Made by a program: the position numbers and the translations under genes
DNA from: a virus
Virus record (IMG/VR): IMGVR_UViG_3300023181_000006
Location: 1-58,873 of that record
DNA length: 58,873 bases
Reading direction: 5' to 3' (one strand)
Part shown: positions 23,164-32,576 of the stretch, piece by piece
How positions within the stretch are numbered: the first letter of the stretch is position 1
Layout: the number at the start of each line of letters is the position of its first letter
The notes under the pieces: model-generated
What the model was told of the DNA's origin: nothing
Databases searched by the model: none
What the model saw: the letters and a program-made list of their open reading frames with translations, nothing else

Positions 23164-24363
23164 TTAGCTACGGTCGGTGAAGTCTTGCGTCGGCGTGGTG
23201 GTTGCCGGCGTGTTGTATGAATCAGCCTTCGTGAAATACTTCGACAGATCCAGCCCACTTATGCCGCCCATCAGACTCAATTGCTCCTTCAGTGCGTTGA
23301 GCTGGTTGTCAGCCGCTTGCTGCTTGGCCGGACCGTCCATCTTGTCGTTGGTCGAGATGTTCGCCAGGTTGGTCATGTACTGCGTAAAGATGTTCGACGC
23401 GTTGACATTGGTCTGCAAAAGCTGCTGGTTGGCGCTGACCAAGTTCTGCAAGTTCGTCTTGCTCGTGTTGTCCAGATTCGCCAGCTTCACACGAGTATCA
23501 GCATCGATGTTCTGCAAGATGATCTTGTTTGCCGCGTCGGCTGCGGCGATAGCTTGTTGCGACTGGTTGTTTTTGTCAGCCAGATTGAGCGCCGCTTGGT
23601 TGTTGCCAGTGGAGATATTCTGTTGCGTTTGATTGTTGCCGGCCGCAATTGTTTCAGCCGACTTGTTCCCTGCCGCCGCGATAGCCTGTTGCGACTGGTT
23701 GTTCTTCTCGGTGACGGTCAGAGTAGTATTCGCTTGGATTGCAGCGAGGCGGTCTTGCAGCGCGTTGGCAGCATTAGCGGTGCTAGCCGCATTCTCGGCG
23801 TTCGCGTTGAACTGAGATGCGGAGTTCGCATACTGCGCGTTCGCAGAATCTGCGGCGCCGTACGTGCTGGCGTCCTGTTGGGCGATCGGCAGAGCGCTTT
23901 GCAGCACGGCCTTTTGACCCGCGCCGACCGCAAGGCTAGAGTTCAGCAACCCGCGCGAACTGGCCGCTTTCTGCGCCTCAGTCTTGGCGAGTTGGTTCAG
24001 CGCCGAATCTTGCGAGGTGATGCCGGCGATCTGGTTTTGTACCAGAGAGTTGGCGTTCACGGTTTGCTGCGTCGGCTTGTAGGTCGATGCCTTGATCGTC
24101 TGCACTGGCGCGGGGTTCAGTAGCCCACCACTGGCTGCTGGAGCTGCTGTAGCTGGCGCGGATGTGGTCGATGCTTCACCCCACCGCGCGCCAGCCGTGG
24201 TTGGGTTCAGTGCATAGTCAAATTCCTTAGCGGTCCAATCCTTACGACCCTGATATCCGGTGGTTGCATTGATATTCGCCACGGAGTCGTTGAGACTCTT
24301 CTTCATGAAATCATCAACCACGACGCTCTGGCCGTTGTAATCCGCGTATTTCAGGTCAGCCAT
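23164..24363 (-). CDS. Asn/Gln/Ala-rich virion protein with internal repeats (399 aa)
   Basis: KNNQSQQAIAAA occurs twice, with near-identical DNA near 23540 and 23680. The sequence is low-complexity N/Q-rich and contains GGLLNP. Confidence 0.6.
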   Translation of the reverse strand: MADLKYADYNGQSVVVDDFMKKSLNDSVANINATTGYQGRKDWTAKEFDYALNPTTAGARWGEASTTSAPATAAPAASGGLLNPAPVQTIKASTYKPTQQTVNANSLVQNQIAGITSQDSALNQLAKTEAQKAASSRGLLNSSLAVGAGQKAVLQSALPIAQQDASTYGAADSANAQYANSASQFNANAENAASTANAANALQDRLAAIQANTTLTVTEKNNQSQQAIAAAGNKSAETIAAGNNQTQQNISTGNNQAALNLADKNNQSQQAIAAADAANKIILQNIDADTRVKLANLDNTSKTNLQNLVSANQQLLQTNVNASNIFTQYMTNLANISTNDKMDGPAKQQAADNQLNALKEQLSLMGGISGLDLSKYFTKADSYNTPATTTPTQDFTDRS

Positions 24364-24375
24364 TTTCTTTTCCTT

Positions 24376-25005
24376 TTAGTTCTTGCGGATGCCGTAGATG
24401 CGGATAAAGCCTGAAGTAAAGGCCACGCCGGTATCCCACTTCAACAGGAAGCCTGTGACTACCGCCCCCGTGGTGTTGAATGCCTGGAAGCTCAATCCGT
24501 CGTAGTTCGATGCTGATTTTTGCCACGCCGTCATACCGGTCACCGACTTCAGTCCTGGTACTGCATTGACGTTGCTTATCAGTATTTTACCGTTCAAACC
24601 GCGACCTGACTGCAAAACTACGTCATTGGTCAGATTTACTTGCGAGGCGGTGGCGCTCACCGAGCTATTGGCCGCGTTAAGGTACGTCGCAGTCGTCACG
24701 CCGACACCGGCCACAGCGATCTGGAGTTGCAGATTTGATGCCGTAGTTGTCGGTAGTAAGCCATCCAGATGAATCTCGCAGTCATCATAGTTAGCACTGA
24801 ATGCCGTCAGCGCGTTGACAGTGGTGAGCGTGGCCGCTTGCAGCTCGGCCAAGAACACCTTAGCTCCAGTAGCGGCAGCCAGTGCGTCCGGCAGCAATTC
24901 AAAGCCGGCGGCAACTTTATCCAACTCGGAACGCATCGATGCCGACGCGCCTTGAGCGCCTGGCGATGGATAGCCGTCGTCGTGGTTGTAGTATGGATTG
25001 GTCAT
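24376..25005 (-). CDS. tail fibre-like protein (209 aa)
   Basis: The N-terminus NPYYNHDDGYPSPGAQGASASMRSELDKVAAGFELLP is typical of phage fibre N-termini (my recollection). Position supports the call. Confidence 0.5.
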   Translation of the reverse strand: MTNPYYNHDDGYPSPGAQGASASMRSELDKVAAGFELLPDALAAATGAKVFLAELQAATLTTVNALTAFSANYDDCEIHLDGLLPTTTASNLQLQIAVAGVGVTTATYLNAANSSVSATASQVNLTNDVVLQSGRGLNGKILISNVNAVPGLKSVTGMTAWQKSASNYDGLSFQAFNTTGAVVTGFLLKWDTGVAFTSGFIRIYGIRKN

Positions 25006-25007
25006 TT

Positions 25008-27308
25008 TTACCTCAATAGGCGACGGTTGGTGTAATGGATGATGGCACTGTTGAGCGTGATCGGCTCGTATGCATCGGAGTTGCCACGGAAGATCAATGA
25101 CATGTTCTCAGCGGTTCCGTACAGATCGCCCTCGGACGGCAGCAGAGAACGACCGTCCCATTGGAACGAATCCCACTGGAACGAATCCCATGCGCTCGAT
25201 GTCAGGATCGCGGCAAGCGTCTGATCGCCCGACTGCGCGAACTCGATGCTTCCGTAGCCGATGGACGAGGACAAGTCGAATTCGGAATAGCCAACGCCGG
25301 ATACCTCCAGCGCGGCCTTGCGATAGGTCTTGAGTTGGCGCGGCCCCTTGAAGTGGTTGTACGTCAGATAGCCCAGCCAGTTGATCGCCTGACCATCGAA
25401 CGACGTGCCGCTCTCGGCTTGCATCACATAGCCGTCATCGGTGCCGAAATAGATTTCTTCCCGACCGCTTGCACCCTCCAAAGAACTGATGCAAGAAACC
25501 TTGTGTGGATAGTTGATCGTGGTCATGCCAAGCAGCTTCTCGCCAGCGTAGGTCACGAAGGCTGCGTCACCATCCGCGAAGAAGATGCGGTACTGGTTCT
25601 TCTTGCGCACGATGCAGCTAGCGCGCGCGGTGCCGACCTTACCGTTGAGGAATGGCGTGATCTTGTCCGAGATGATGCCGCTCAGGAAGTTGCCGAATCG
25701 CTGCGTCGTGCTCAAGGCCGAAATACCCTGCGTGTCGAACGACAGCATGCCGGCGATCAACTGCATGGTGTGCGGCTCGCACCCGACCTCGTAGCTGTAC
25801 GGCACCAGATTGAAATCGTCATCGCTGTTGCCGTACAGGACGAACGTACGATCCTTGGTCTTGATCGCCATCGCACCCGAAGTCTCCGAGCCAGGCAGCG
25901 ACAGCATGCCGGTGACATCATCGCCGCATGTAATCTCCCCGGCGCCGTAGATAGCCGAGAATGCGTAGGGATTTCCGGGACCAGTGTATTGCACGCTTGA
26001 GCCGAATGCGTAGAACAGCGCGTTCTTGTGGATCTGCATGTACTTCGGCGCATCAGGCGTAACGCCGCTGACAATCGGAACCAATGTAGTGCCGTCGAAC
26101 TCAAAGCCAGGACTCACGCCATCGACACCGTACATGCGCAGCGTCCCAGATTGACCGCCAAAGTTCCAGTTCTCGAATTCGAACCGGCCATTTGGGCGGA
26201 ACGTGTTCGGGCCTTCTTGCCCATCAGCAGAAACGCGCCTCGCACCGTTGACGCTCAGACCCTCGTCAGGCAAAAAATTGCCGGTAACGGAACTGAAAAC
26301 GATTATCCCGGATGGGGAGTCATCCCATGTCCCACCATTCAAGATGACACGAACGGCGACGCCCGACGCGCCCGAAGTCACTCCGACCACAGTATCGCCG
26401 TCGTTGAACTCGACGGCCTTCAAGGTTGCCGTATAAAGGGATATGCCTCCATCCGTGGAATTTATCGCTGCGCCGCCAAGGGTCGCCGCGATATTGAATG
26501 TAGTCGGGTCAGAGTTTATGACGAAATAAGTCGTTCCGGGAACAATGATGCTTGGCCCGCCGCCGATGTTGTTCGAAAACTTTAGCTGCTGCCCATCGGT
26601 GAACCCTGATCCAACCTGTTCGAACGAAATGGGAGTGCCAGGAGTTGCCCTCACTCGGGTCAAGCTCTGCTTGAACTTTACGCTACGCCCCGTAGGAACA
26701 GCGGTCCAGCCAGTCGGCGAATCCTTGAACATCACAGCAGCGGTGCCGGCTGCGTTGTTGCGGAAAGCGTAGACGCCACCCTTGTACTGGTGCACGCCCA
26801 GCACACGGCCTGAACCGGGAACCTTCTGGATCAGCGCGCGGTACACGTTCGCGGCCAGAGCGGTGTAGGCAACGTTCAATTGCGGCGTCGGCGCGGCGCC
26901 AACAGCTTGCACGCCAGCAGCTGTTCCCACAACAGTCACGCCCACTTTGATATTACCGGCGGTGAACAGACCGTTAGTCTTAGTCAGCACGAGAAAGCCG
27001 GCGCTCGGCACGGCAATGACAGTTCCGGACACGCTGCCGCTATCGTTGGTCAGGACATCGCCCACGTTCACAGTCTGCGTCAGAGCCACGCTCAGCACAG
27101 CGTAGTACGCCGTCGATGGACGCTTGCGCCCGTCGTAGCGTTCGTAGCCGGCGCACGTCGCATACCCACCGCGCACGCCAATTTCCAGATTGACGCCATA
27201 CCGCAGATCGCCATCGCTGCGCGAAATCGGCGGCGTTACCTCGTCCAGACCGCCCATGAACGGGAAGTATTGGGTCAGTACCGGCGGGATTGGTGGTTGA
27301 TTGTTCAT
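25008..27308 (-). CDS. large tail protein (tail tubular B / nozzle-like), 766 aa
   Basis: Size and position downstream of a 237-aa adaptor-like gene in a podovirus-type tail block. No catalytic motif seen. Confidence 0.5.
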   Translation of the reverse strand: MNNQPPIPPVLTQYFPFMGGLDEVTPPISRSDGDLRYGVNLEIGVRGGYATCAGYERYDGRKRPSTAYYAVLSVALTQTVNVGDVLTNDSGSVSGTVIAVPSAGFLVLTKTNGLFTAGNIKVGVTVVGTAAGVQAVGAAPTPQLNVAYTALAANVYRALIQKVPGSGRVLGVHQYKGGVYAFRNNAAGTAAVMFKDSPTGWTAVPTGRSVKFKQSLTRVRATPGTPISFEQVGSGFTDGQQLKFSNNIGGGPSIIVPGTTYFVINSDPTTFNIAATLGGAAINSTDGGISLYTATLKAVEFNDGDTVVGVTSGASGVAVRVILNGGTWDDSPSGIIVFSSVTGNFLPDEGLSVNGARRVSADGQEGPNTFRPNGRFEFENWNFGGQSGTLRMYGVDGVSPGFEFDGTTLVPIVSGVTPDAPKYMQIHKNALFYAFGSSVQYTGPGNPYAFSAIYGAGEITCGDDVTGMLSLPGSETSGAMAIKTKDRTFVLYGNSDDDFNLVPYSYEVGCEPHTMQLIAGMLSFDTQGISALSTTQRFGNFLSGIISDKITPFLNGKVGTARASCIVRKKNQYRIFFADGDAAFVTYAGEKLLGMTTINYPHKVSCISSLEGASGREEIYFGTDDGYVMQAESGTSFDGQAINWLGYLTYNHFKGPRQLKTYRKAALEVSGVGYSEFDLSSSIGYGSIEFAQSGDQTLAAILTSSAWDSFQWDSFQWDGRSLLPSEGDLYGTAENMSLIFRGNSDAYEPITLNSAIIHYTNRRLLR

Positions 27309-27311
27309 CGA

Positions 27312-28025
27312 TCAGGCCATTGGGCGAAGTCGGTTCATGCGCGGCATCTGCGTGCGGCGCATATCGGAGAGCATCTTGTTGTATAGGCGCTGGCCGTTCT
27401 GGATCACTTCTGGTGCGCCGGTGTAATACCCGTAGCGCGTCATCGCCAGGTACACCGGCAGCATGTGGAACTCGGCCGGATAGTTCGGCATGTCGTCGTC
27501 GTTGATCAGCAGCGAGCACGACTTCTGATACTCGCCCGAGATACGGTACACGTCGGCCGGCGGCGGTCCGATCAACAGTTCCATTTCGTTGCCGTAGGTC
27601 CAGTAGATCGGGCGGCTGTTCGATTGCGGCCCAGTGGCGAAGCGCCGATACCATTCGTCGTAGTCGATGTACGGAATCAACTGCTCATCGGTCACACCGG
27701 CGGCCAGTAGGTAGCACTTGATGCGACGCTCCTTCCACTTTCGCAAGTCCACGATAGGCGGCGTGCACTGGCTGGCCGCGTAGGTGTCCACGCCGACGAC
27801 CGTGTTGATCGCGAAGTCGTCCACCATGAAGCGCCATTCGTCATGCTCGCGCTGAATCTCCTGATCGGCCTCGGCCACCCAGTCGACGATGCGCTTGTAC
27901 TCGCCGCTCTGGCCGACGACGGTTGTCGGACCTGCGCCGCTGCCAGCAACCTCTTGGCGCAAGCGCTGGCACAGTTCCAAGTACGTCTTGCCGCTTTGTC
28001 CTGCGAGTGGAACGATGATGGTCAT
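27312..28025 (-). CDS. tail adaptor / tail tubular A-like protein (237 aa)
   Basis: Synteny only. Confidence 0.4.
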   Translation of the reverse strand: MTIIVPLAGQSGKTYLELCQRLRQEVAGSGAGPTTVVGQSGEYKRIVDWVAEADQEIQREHDEWRFMVDDFAINTVVGVDTYAASQCTPPIVDLRKWKERRIKCYLLAAGVTDEQLIPYIDYDEWYRRFATGPQSNSRPIYWTYGNEMELLIGPPPADVYRISGEYQKSCSLLINDDDMPNYPAEFHMLPVYLAMTRYGYYTGAPEVIQNGQRLYNKMLSDMRRTQMPRMNRLRPMA

Positions 28026-28046
28026 GTCTGTTTAGCCTACAATAAT

Positions 28047-29969
28047 TTATCGGTACAGCGCGCTGATTGCGCCGTTCGCAACGACAACAAGATTGGTCCC
28101 ATTGACACGCAATCTGCCAGCCCCAACATCTGTTTTCATCAGAGATTCAGGAACATCAACCCAACCCGAGTCAAACGATTTAAAACCTGTGGTGGACGCG
28201 TCAATTCCCGCCACAGCGGCAGAGGATATTCCTGACATCGAGATAGCGACAACGCCGGCGGCCTGTGCCGTTGTGATGTTGATTTGTCCGATTAGCCTCA
28301 CTTGGTGAGCACGCGCGACCATTGGTCGGAAGTTTGAATCGGTGGAGAAATCTTGCGCGGAACCACTGCAAACCAACGTCGCTTCGCTGAACCTCCCGAA
28401 AAAGTAAGTCTCGGTGGCTGCGTCTGTTGAGATAGTCATCAGACCCGCGCCCGCGAATCTTGACCCAGCGGAGCCTAGCTTTTCAATTCGGTAGTTAGAA
28501 AGCTGCACAAATGCGCCGGCCGCAGGAGAAATGCATACGTTTCCGGCGGCCACGCTGCTATACGAATCGACGTTTAAACCGGCAATAACAAGACGCCCGC
28601 CAGTACCGGCTCCAATTGAAAACACTTGGCCGCCCGCCTCATTAATAGATAGCCCTGTGAATTTTATCTTCACGTTGTTTGAAGCAAGCTGGAATGCGGT
28701 GTCGGACCACGTATATCCGAATGCGTTGCCAGTCTGCGAAACAGTATTTGCTAAATTTGCTAAAACAGTAGTCGTAGAATTTTCCACACGCATGCAAACC
28801 TGCGGTAGATTGAATTGCAGATTTACAATGGAGGCATTGAATAAGCTGTGAGTATTGCCTAAACAAGTCTCGTCGGTTAAATATATTGCAGTATTATCCT
28901 CGAAAAACTCCATACCATTTACTAATGGATTATCCGTGTAACCGCACCACCATCCAATTGTATTAGCCCTAATATATGCAGAAACATTGGAATCGCTCGA
29001 ATAATAAAGATTGCGCATGTGCGTGTCTGAAATCGACACGGTGTCGTTCACGCACGTTGTACGCATGCGGATTTTGAATGCGGAAATAATATTATCCCGC
29101 CATACGACATTCGTTCCGCCACCGCTTGATGGCGTGAAGTTCATCCATATCCCGTGCGATGCGTTGATGATCTGCACCTGTTCGATATAAGAATGGGAGA
29201 TACTTTGTTCTATGCAGTAGCCATAGATATTTGGCGCCCATGCGCCGCCGCTTGGCACTGGCTGGTTATGAATGAAACTGATTCCGAAAATACCAGAGCC
29301 ATGCCCAACTAATTTAACGCAAGGATTCGATGCGTGTGTTGGCTGAAACCACGTACCGTATTGCGCCCATTGCGCTATCGTGCCTTGTGCGCCTTCAAAG
29401 TTTTTCGCCCGCGATCCGACCAGCGTGACCCCATTTGGCACCGAAATGGTATTGCTTATCAGGTAAGGGTGGCCGGTTGGCGGGAAATACAATTCACCGC
29501 CGCCCCGAGCGGCTACTGCGGCAATGGCGCGGCGAATAGCCAGAAGGTCATCCGTTACGCCGTCGCCAAGAGCGCCAAATTCCTGCGGCGTTACCTGAAC
29601 TTCTCGCATCTTGGTCTGCGCAGTTCGCGCCACCGCTCCAGTACCAGATTGCATGAAGCCGACCAGCGCAGCGCCACCCGGAGCCGCCAGCGCCGGGAAT
29701 CCGTCAGCCAGATCCTCCAGCAGCGGCACATCGTCAACCGTGAACGTGGTGATGTGCGGACCGCTGAACGTGAGCGAGTACCGGCCATCGGCAGCGTAGA
29801 ACGCGAATGCGCCATACGCATCGGTCGTCAGCGGATTGGGCGTGGTCGTCACGCCGTTATCCGAATAGATGGTCGCGGTGGTCCCTGCCGGGTAGTTCTT
29901 CACCAGCACGGAGACGCCGCCCAGCGAGTTGCCGTTCCGGTCCGCTACTGTGTCACGGTACTTTTGCAT
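28047..29969 (-). CDS. tailspike / depolymerase with a pectate-lyase-type beta-helix domain
   Basis: 640 aa. The N-terminus is a spike anchor type (DRNGNSLGGVSVLVKNYPAGTTATIYSDNG...NPLTTDAYGAFAFYAADGRYSL). QEFGALGDGVTDDLLAIRRAIAAVAARGGGELYFPPTGHPY is Pectate_lyase_3-like. Confidence 0.8.
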   Translation of the reverse strand: MQKYRDTVADRNGNSLGGVSVLVKNYPAGTTATIYSDNGVTTTPNPLTTDAYGAFAFYAADGRYSLTFSGPHITTFTVDDVPLLEDLADGFPALAAPGGAALVGFMQSGTGAVARTAQTKMREVQVTPQEFGALGDGVTDDLLAIRRAIAAVAARGGGELYFPPTGHPYLISNTISVPNGVTLVGSRAKNFEGAQGTIAQWAQYGTWFQPTHASNPCVKLVGHGSGIFGISFIHNQPVPSGGAWAPNIYGYCIEQSISHSYIEQVQIINASHGIWMNFTPSSGGGTNVVWRDNIISAFKIRMRTTCVNDTVSISDTHMRNLYYSSDSNVSAYIRANTIGWWCGYTDNPLVNGMEFFEDNTAIYLTDETCLGNTHSLFNASIVNLQFNLPQVCMRVENSTTTVLANLANTVSQTGNAFGYTWSDTAFQLASNNVKIKFTGLSINEAGGQVFSIGAGTGGRLVIAGLNVDSYSSVAAGNVCISPAAGAFVQLSNYRIEKLGSAGSRFAGAGLMTISTDAATETYFFGRFSEATLVCSGSAQDFSTDSNFRPMVARAHQVRLIGQINITTAQAAGVVAISMSGISSAAVAGIDASTTGFKSFDSGWVDVPESLMKTDVGAGRLRVNGTNLVVVANGAISALYR

Positions 29970-29981
29970 GGACGTTCCCGG

Positions 29982-30572
29982 TTAGCCGCGCAGCGAGGAA
30001 GTGAATTGGAACCATGCGTGCGAAGATGGGCTGGCATCACGAACAACCATCAGCGGATACTTCAGGCTGGAACGGCTCGGGTACACGTAGTCTTTGACGC
30101 CTTCTTTGTTGTGCACTTCCTTTTGCCCATAAGTCGTCTTCTTCATACGCAACATATGGTCGACTACATAGCGAGGAACAGTCTTGACCTCGCCACGGGT
30201 GAAAAAGAAGGCGCGGCCATTGATGTTGATTTCGAAAACTTGGTCAGCCTGAGGATCATCGGTTTCGCCGATTCGGACATCAATGTTTTCACGCATGAAC
30301 GCCATGTTGGAAACATAGTCGTCATCCATCGGGCTGTCGGTCACCTTGGCGATATCCATGCTTGGGAGTGCTGCCGATGCATCGCCAGAACTCTTCATGA
30401 GACGGTCAGGCACTTGCCCGATTTCGGTATCATCGGTCGACTGAGCACCAGATGGGGCCGCAACATAATTGCTGGCTTGAGATGGTGCGGCACCACTGGT
30501 CGCCATTACGGCGGCGGTTGCAGCGGCGGCAGTAGCGTTGCGGGCGTATTGACGAGTCATTTTATTTTCCAA
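29982..30572 (-). CDS. hypothetical virion protein (196 aa; may start at the internal MTRQY)
   Basis: ORF within the structural block. Confidence 0.55.
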   Translation of the reverse strand: MENKMTRQYARNATAAAATAAVMATSGAAPSQASNYVAAPSGAQSTDDTEIGQVPDRLMKSSGDASAALPSMDIAKVTDSPMDDDYVSNMAFMRENIDVRIGETDDPQADQVFEININGRAFFFTRGEVKTVPRYVVDHMLRMKKTTYGQKEVHNKEGVKDYVYPSRSSLKYPLMVVRDASPSSHAWFQFTSSLRG

Positions 30573-30607
30573 GTAAGAAGTATGCCGCCCGAAGGCGGCG
30601 TTATTGG

Positions 30608-31180
30608 TTAAGCGACGGTGTCGCTATACGGCGTGGCTGCGGTGCCGGTACAGGTAATGCTTCCGCGTACCGCATAGGTGTTGGCGGCGATGTCCTGAAT
30701 CTCGATGTAATCACCAACAGCAGCGCCGCCGGTGGTCGTACCGTTCAGGGTGATGGTGTCGTCGGTGGCGCCAGGCGACCAACCACGCAGGGCGCCGGAA
30801 GCACCGCTGTTAGTTTGGAGAATCGTGCCTTTGAACAGCGTGGTACCGACCGGTGGTTTCAGCACATAGCCATTGGTGTTGACGGCGCCGACGATGAACT
30901 TGTAGATAGCACCGCTGCCAGTGGCGACCGGGACGATATCGGTCACGGCGACGGCACTGTTCAGGACGATCGTGCGTCCCTCATGGATGCGCTGGTCGAG
31001 CGTGATGCTCGTTGCATTCAGGATGTTGCGCATGCCGGTGGTAGCCATGCGTACCAGTGCGCCGGCGCTTGCTACGATTTCCTGACCGTTGAACAGGATG
31101 TGACGCACGCGCGTGTTTCGCAAGAACATCAGTTCGAAATCGATACATGCGTTGTTGAAGCGGTTTTGAAGCTTTGCCAT
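30608..31180 (-). CDS. hypothetical structural protein, decoration-like (190 aa)
   Basis: Gly/Thr/Ala-rich and predicted beta-rich, downstream of the capsid gene. Confidence 0.5.
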   Translation of the reverse strand: MAKLQNRFNNACIDFELMFLRNTRVRHILFNGQEIVASAGALVRMATTGMRNILNATSITLDQRIHEGRTIVLNSAVAVTDIVPVATGSGAIYKFIVGAVNTNGYVLKPPVGTTLFKGTILQTNSGASGALRGWSPGATDDTITLNGTTTGGAAVGDYIEIQDIAANTYAVRGSITCTGTAATPYSDTVA

Positions 31181-31230
31181 GATAAGGCTCCTTAAAGTGG
31201 GAACAGCCCCGGCTGGGGCCGCCCTATTTC

Positions 31231-31728
31231 TTAGCTGACTTGCGGACGTTCCGGCAGCGTGGACACGTTACGGAAGGTGCTCGACACGCCCGATGCAGCC
31301 CACGCGCCGGTGCCGGGAGTCCACAGCGCAGCCGATGGAGCGGTGCGGTGCAGGCTATAGGCGATCGGTACGAAGTCGTCCGGGATGGTCGGGAACTGCG
31401 GCGCCAAGTTGTATGCGCCGACAGTGGTCGTGACGCCAGGTGCGGTATCGACAATGGTGCCTTGAGCGACTTGGATCGCGCCGGCAGCGTTGACGCCCCA
31501 CACCAGAACGGTTGCCTTGTTCGGCGCCAGCGCCACGAATGGCAGACCGGTTGCGGCGTCGGTGGTCGGCGTCGCGGTGTTGGTCTGCGCGGTCAGCGCG
31601 GTGCCGAAGTAGCCACGGTTCTCGGTGACGGTAGCGGCGGTGGTGGTATAGGTGCTGGTAGTGCCAGCAACCAGACCGGCGTTGACGTTGTTCTTCGTCA
31701 CGCCACGGAAGTTCAATTGGTTATGCAT
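31231..31728 (-). CDS. hypothetical structural protein, decoration-like (165 aa)
   Basis: Thr/Ala-rich. First gene after the capsid gene and the HNH insert. Confidence 0.5.
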   Translation of the reverse strand: MHNQLNFRGVTKNNVNAGLVAGTTSTYTTTAATVTENRGYFGTALTAQTNTATPTTDAATGLPFVALAPNKATVLVWGVNAAGAIQVAQGTIVDTAPGVTTTVGAYNLAPQFPTIPDDFVPIAYSLHRTAPSAALWTPGTGAWAASGVSSTFRNVSTLPERPQVS

Positions 31729-31752
31729 GATGATTCCTCAATTTAAAAACAT

Positions 31753-32487
31753 TTAACGGCCAACGTTGTAGCAAGTCCTGGAACAGAATTTACCTGCGCC
31801 TCTTTCTACTTCGCTACGTTTCTTGGTGAACATTTTCCCACATACTTTACACTTGCAACTAATAACCAGAGGAACATTTTCTTGCACCTTATCAAATGGG
31901 GGCCATGTATGGCCCATCATTGGAACGTCACCGTTATGAATCATCCTGTGGGCTGCTGGCGTGCAGGCGACCAGATTCTCATGTACGTTATTCCTTTTGA
32001 TCTCATCCTTATGATGCACATCAATGTCTGGAGATAAGTATTTAACACCATCAATTTCAACCAAGAACTCATGGTTAGGCGCTACACTTCTCATCCACTC
32101 CTCCATCACAACCCTGTGCTCCAAAACGTAACTTCCATGCTTTGTTAGCGGGTGCCCTGGAACGGACACATACAAATAACCATCTCTATGCTCAGTAGAC
32201 CCGCCCCTCCAGTTCTTATGGCTGGAACCGGTGGGAAAATCGCGGCGGCTATCAAATATCCCTGAGCATTTCCTAGAGCAGCAATTTCTACGCTCTTGGT
32301 GAGACTTAGGAACCTTGAAAACCGTCTTGCATACTGCGCATTCAATCGCTACTCGTGCTGCTTCGTAATCTAAGGCACGCTTCTTGTCGCTGCATTTTCT
32401 TGAGCACGTAACGGCTGTATTCGAACGAGCAACCAAGACTTCAAACGCGGCACTACATACAACACAGGTTTTTGATACTTTAGACAT
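31753..32487 (-). CDS. HNH homing-type endonuclease with three CxxC...CSxxC zinc-ribbon repeats
   Basis: 244 aa. CVVCSAAF..CSRKCS, CAVCKTVF..CSRKCS and CKVCGKMF..CSRTC, plus HRVVMEE...DVHHKDEIKRNNVHENLVACTPAAHRMIH. The gene is AT-rich. Confidence 0.85.
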   Translation of the reverse strand: MSKVSKTCVVCSAAFEVLVARSNTAVTCSRKCSDKKRALDYEAARVAIECAVCKTVFKVPKSHQERRNCCSRKCSGIFDSRRDFPTGSSHKNWRGGSTEHRDGYLYVSVPGHPLTKHGSYVLEHRVVMEEWMRSVAPNHEFLVEIDGVKYLSPDIDVHHKDEIKRNNVHENLVACTPAAHRMIHNGDVPMMGHTWPPFDKVQENVPLVISCKCKVCGKMFTKKRSEVERGAGKFCSRTCYNVGR

Positions 32488-32576
32488 GGCAATCTCCTAA
32501 AATGAATCCAGATTTTACCATGTCGGTGTTACTAGTGCGGCAAACGCATGCGTTAGTTCGCCTTTAAATCAAAGGC

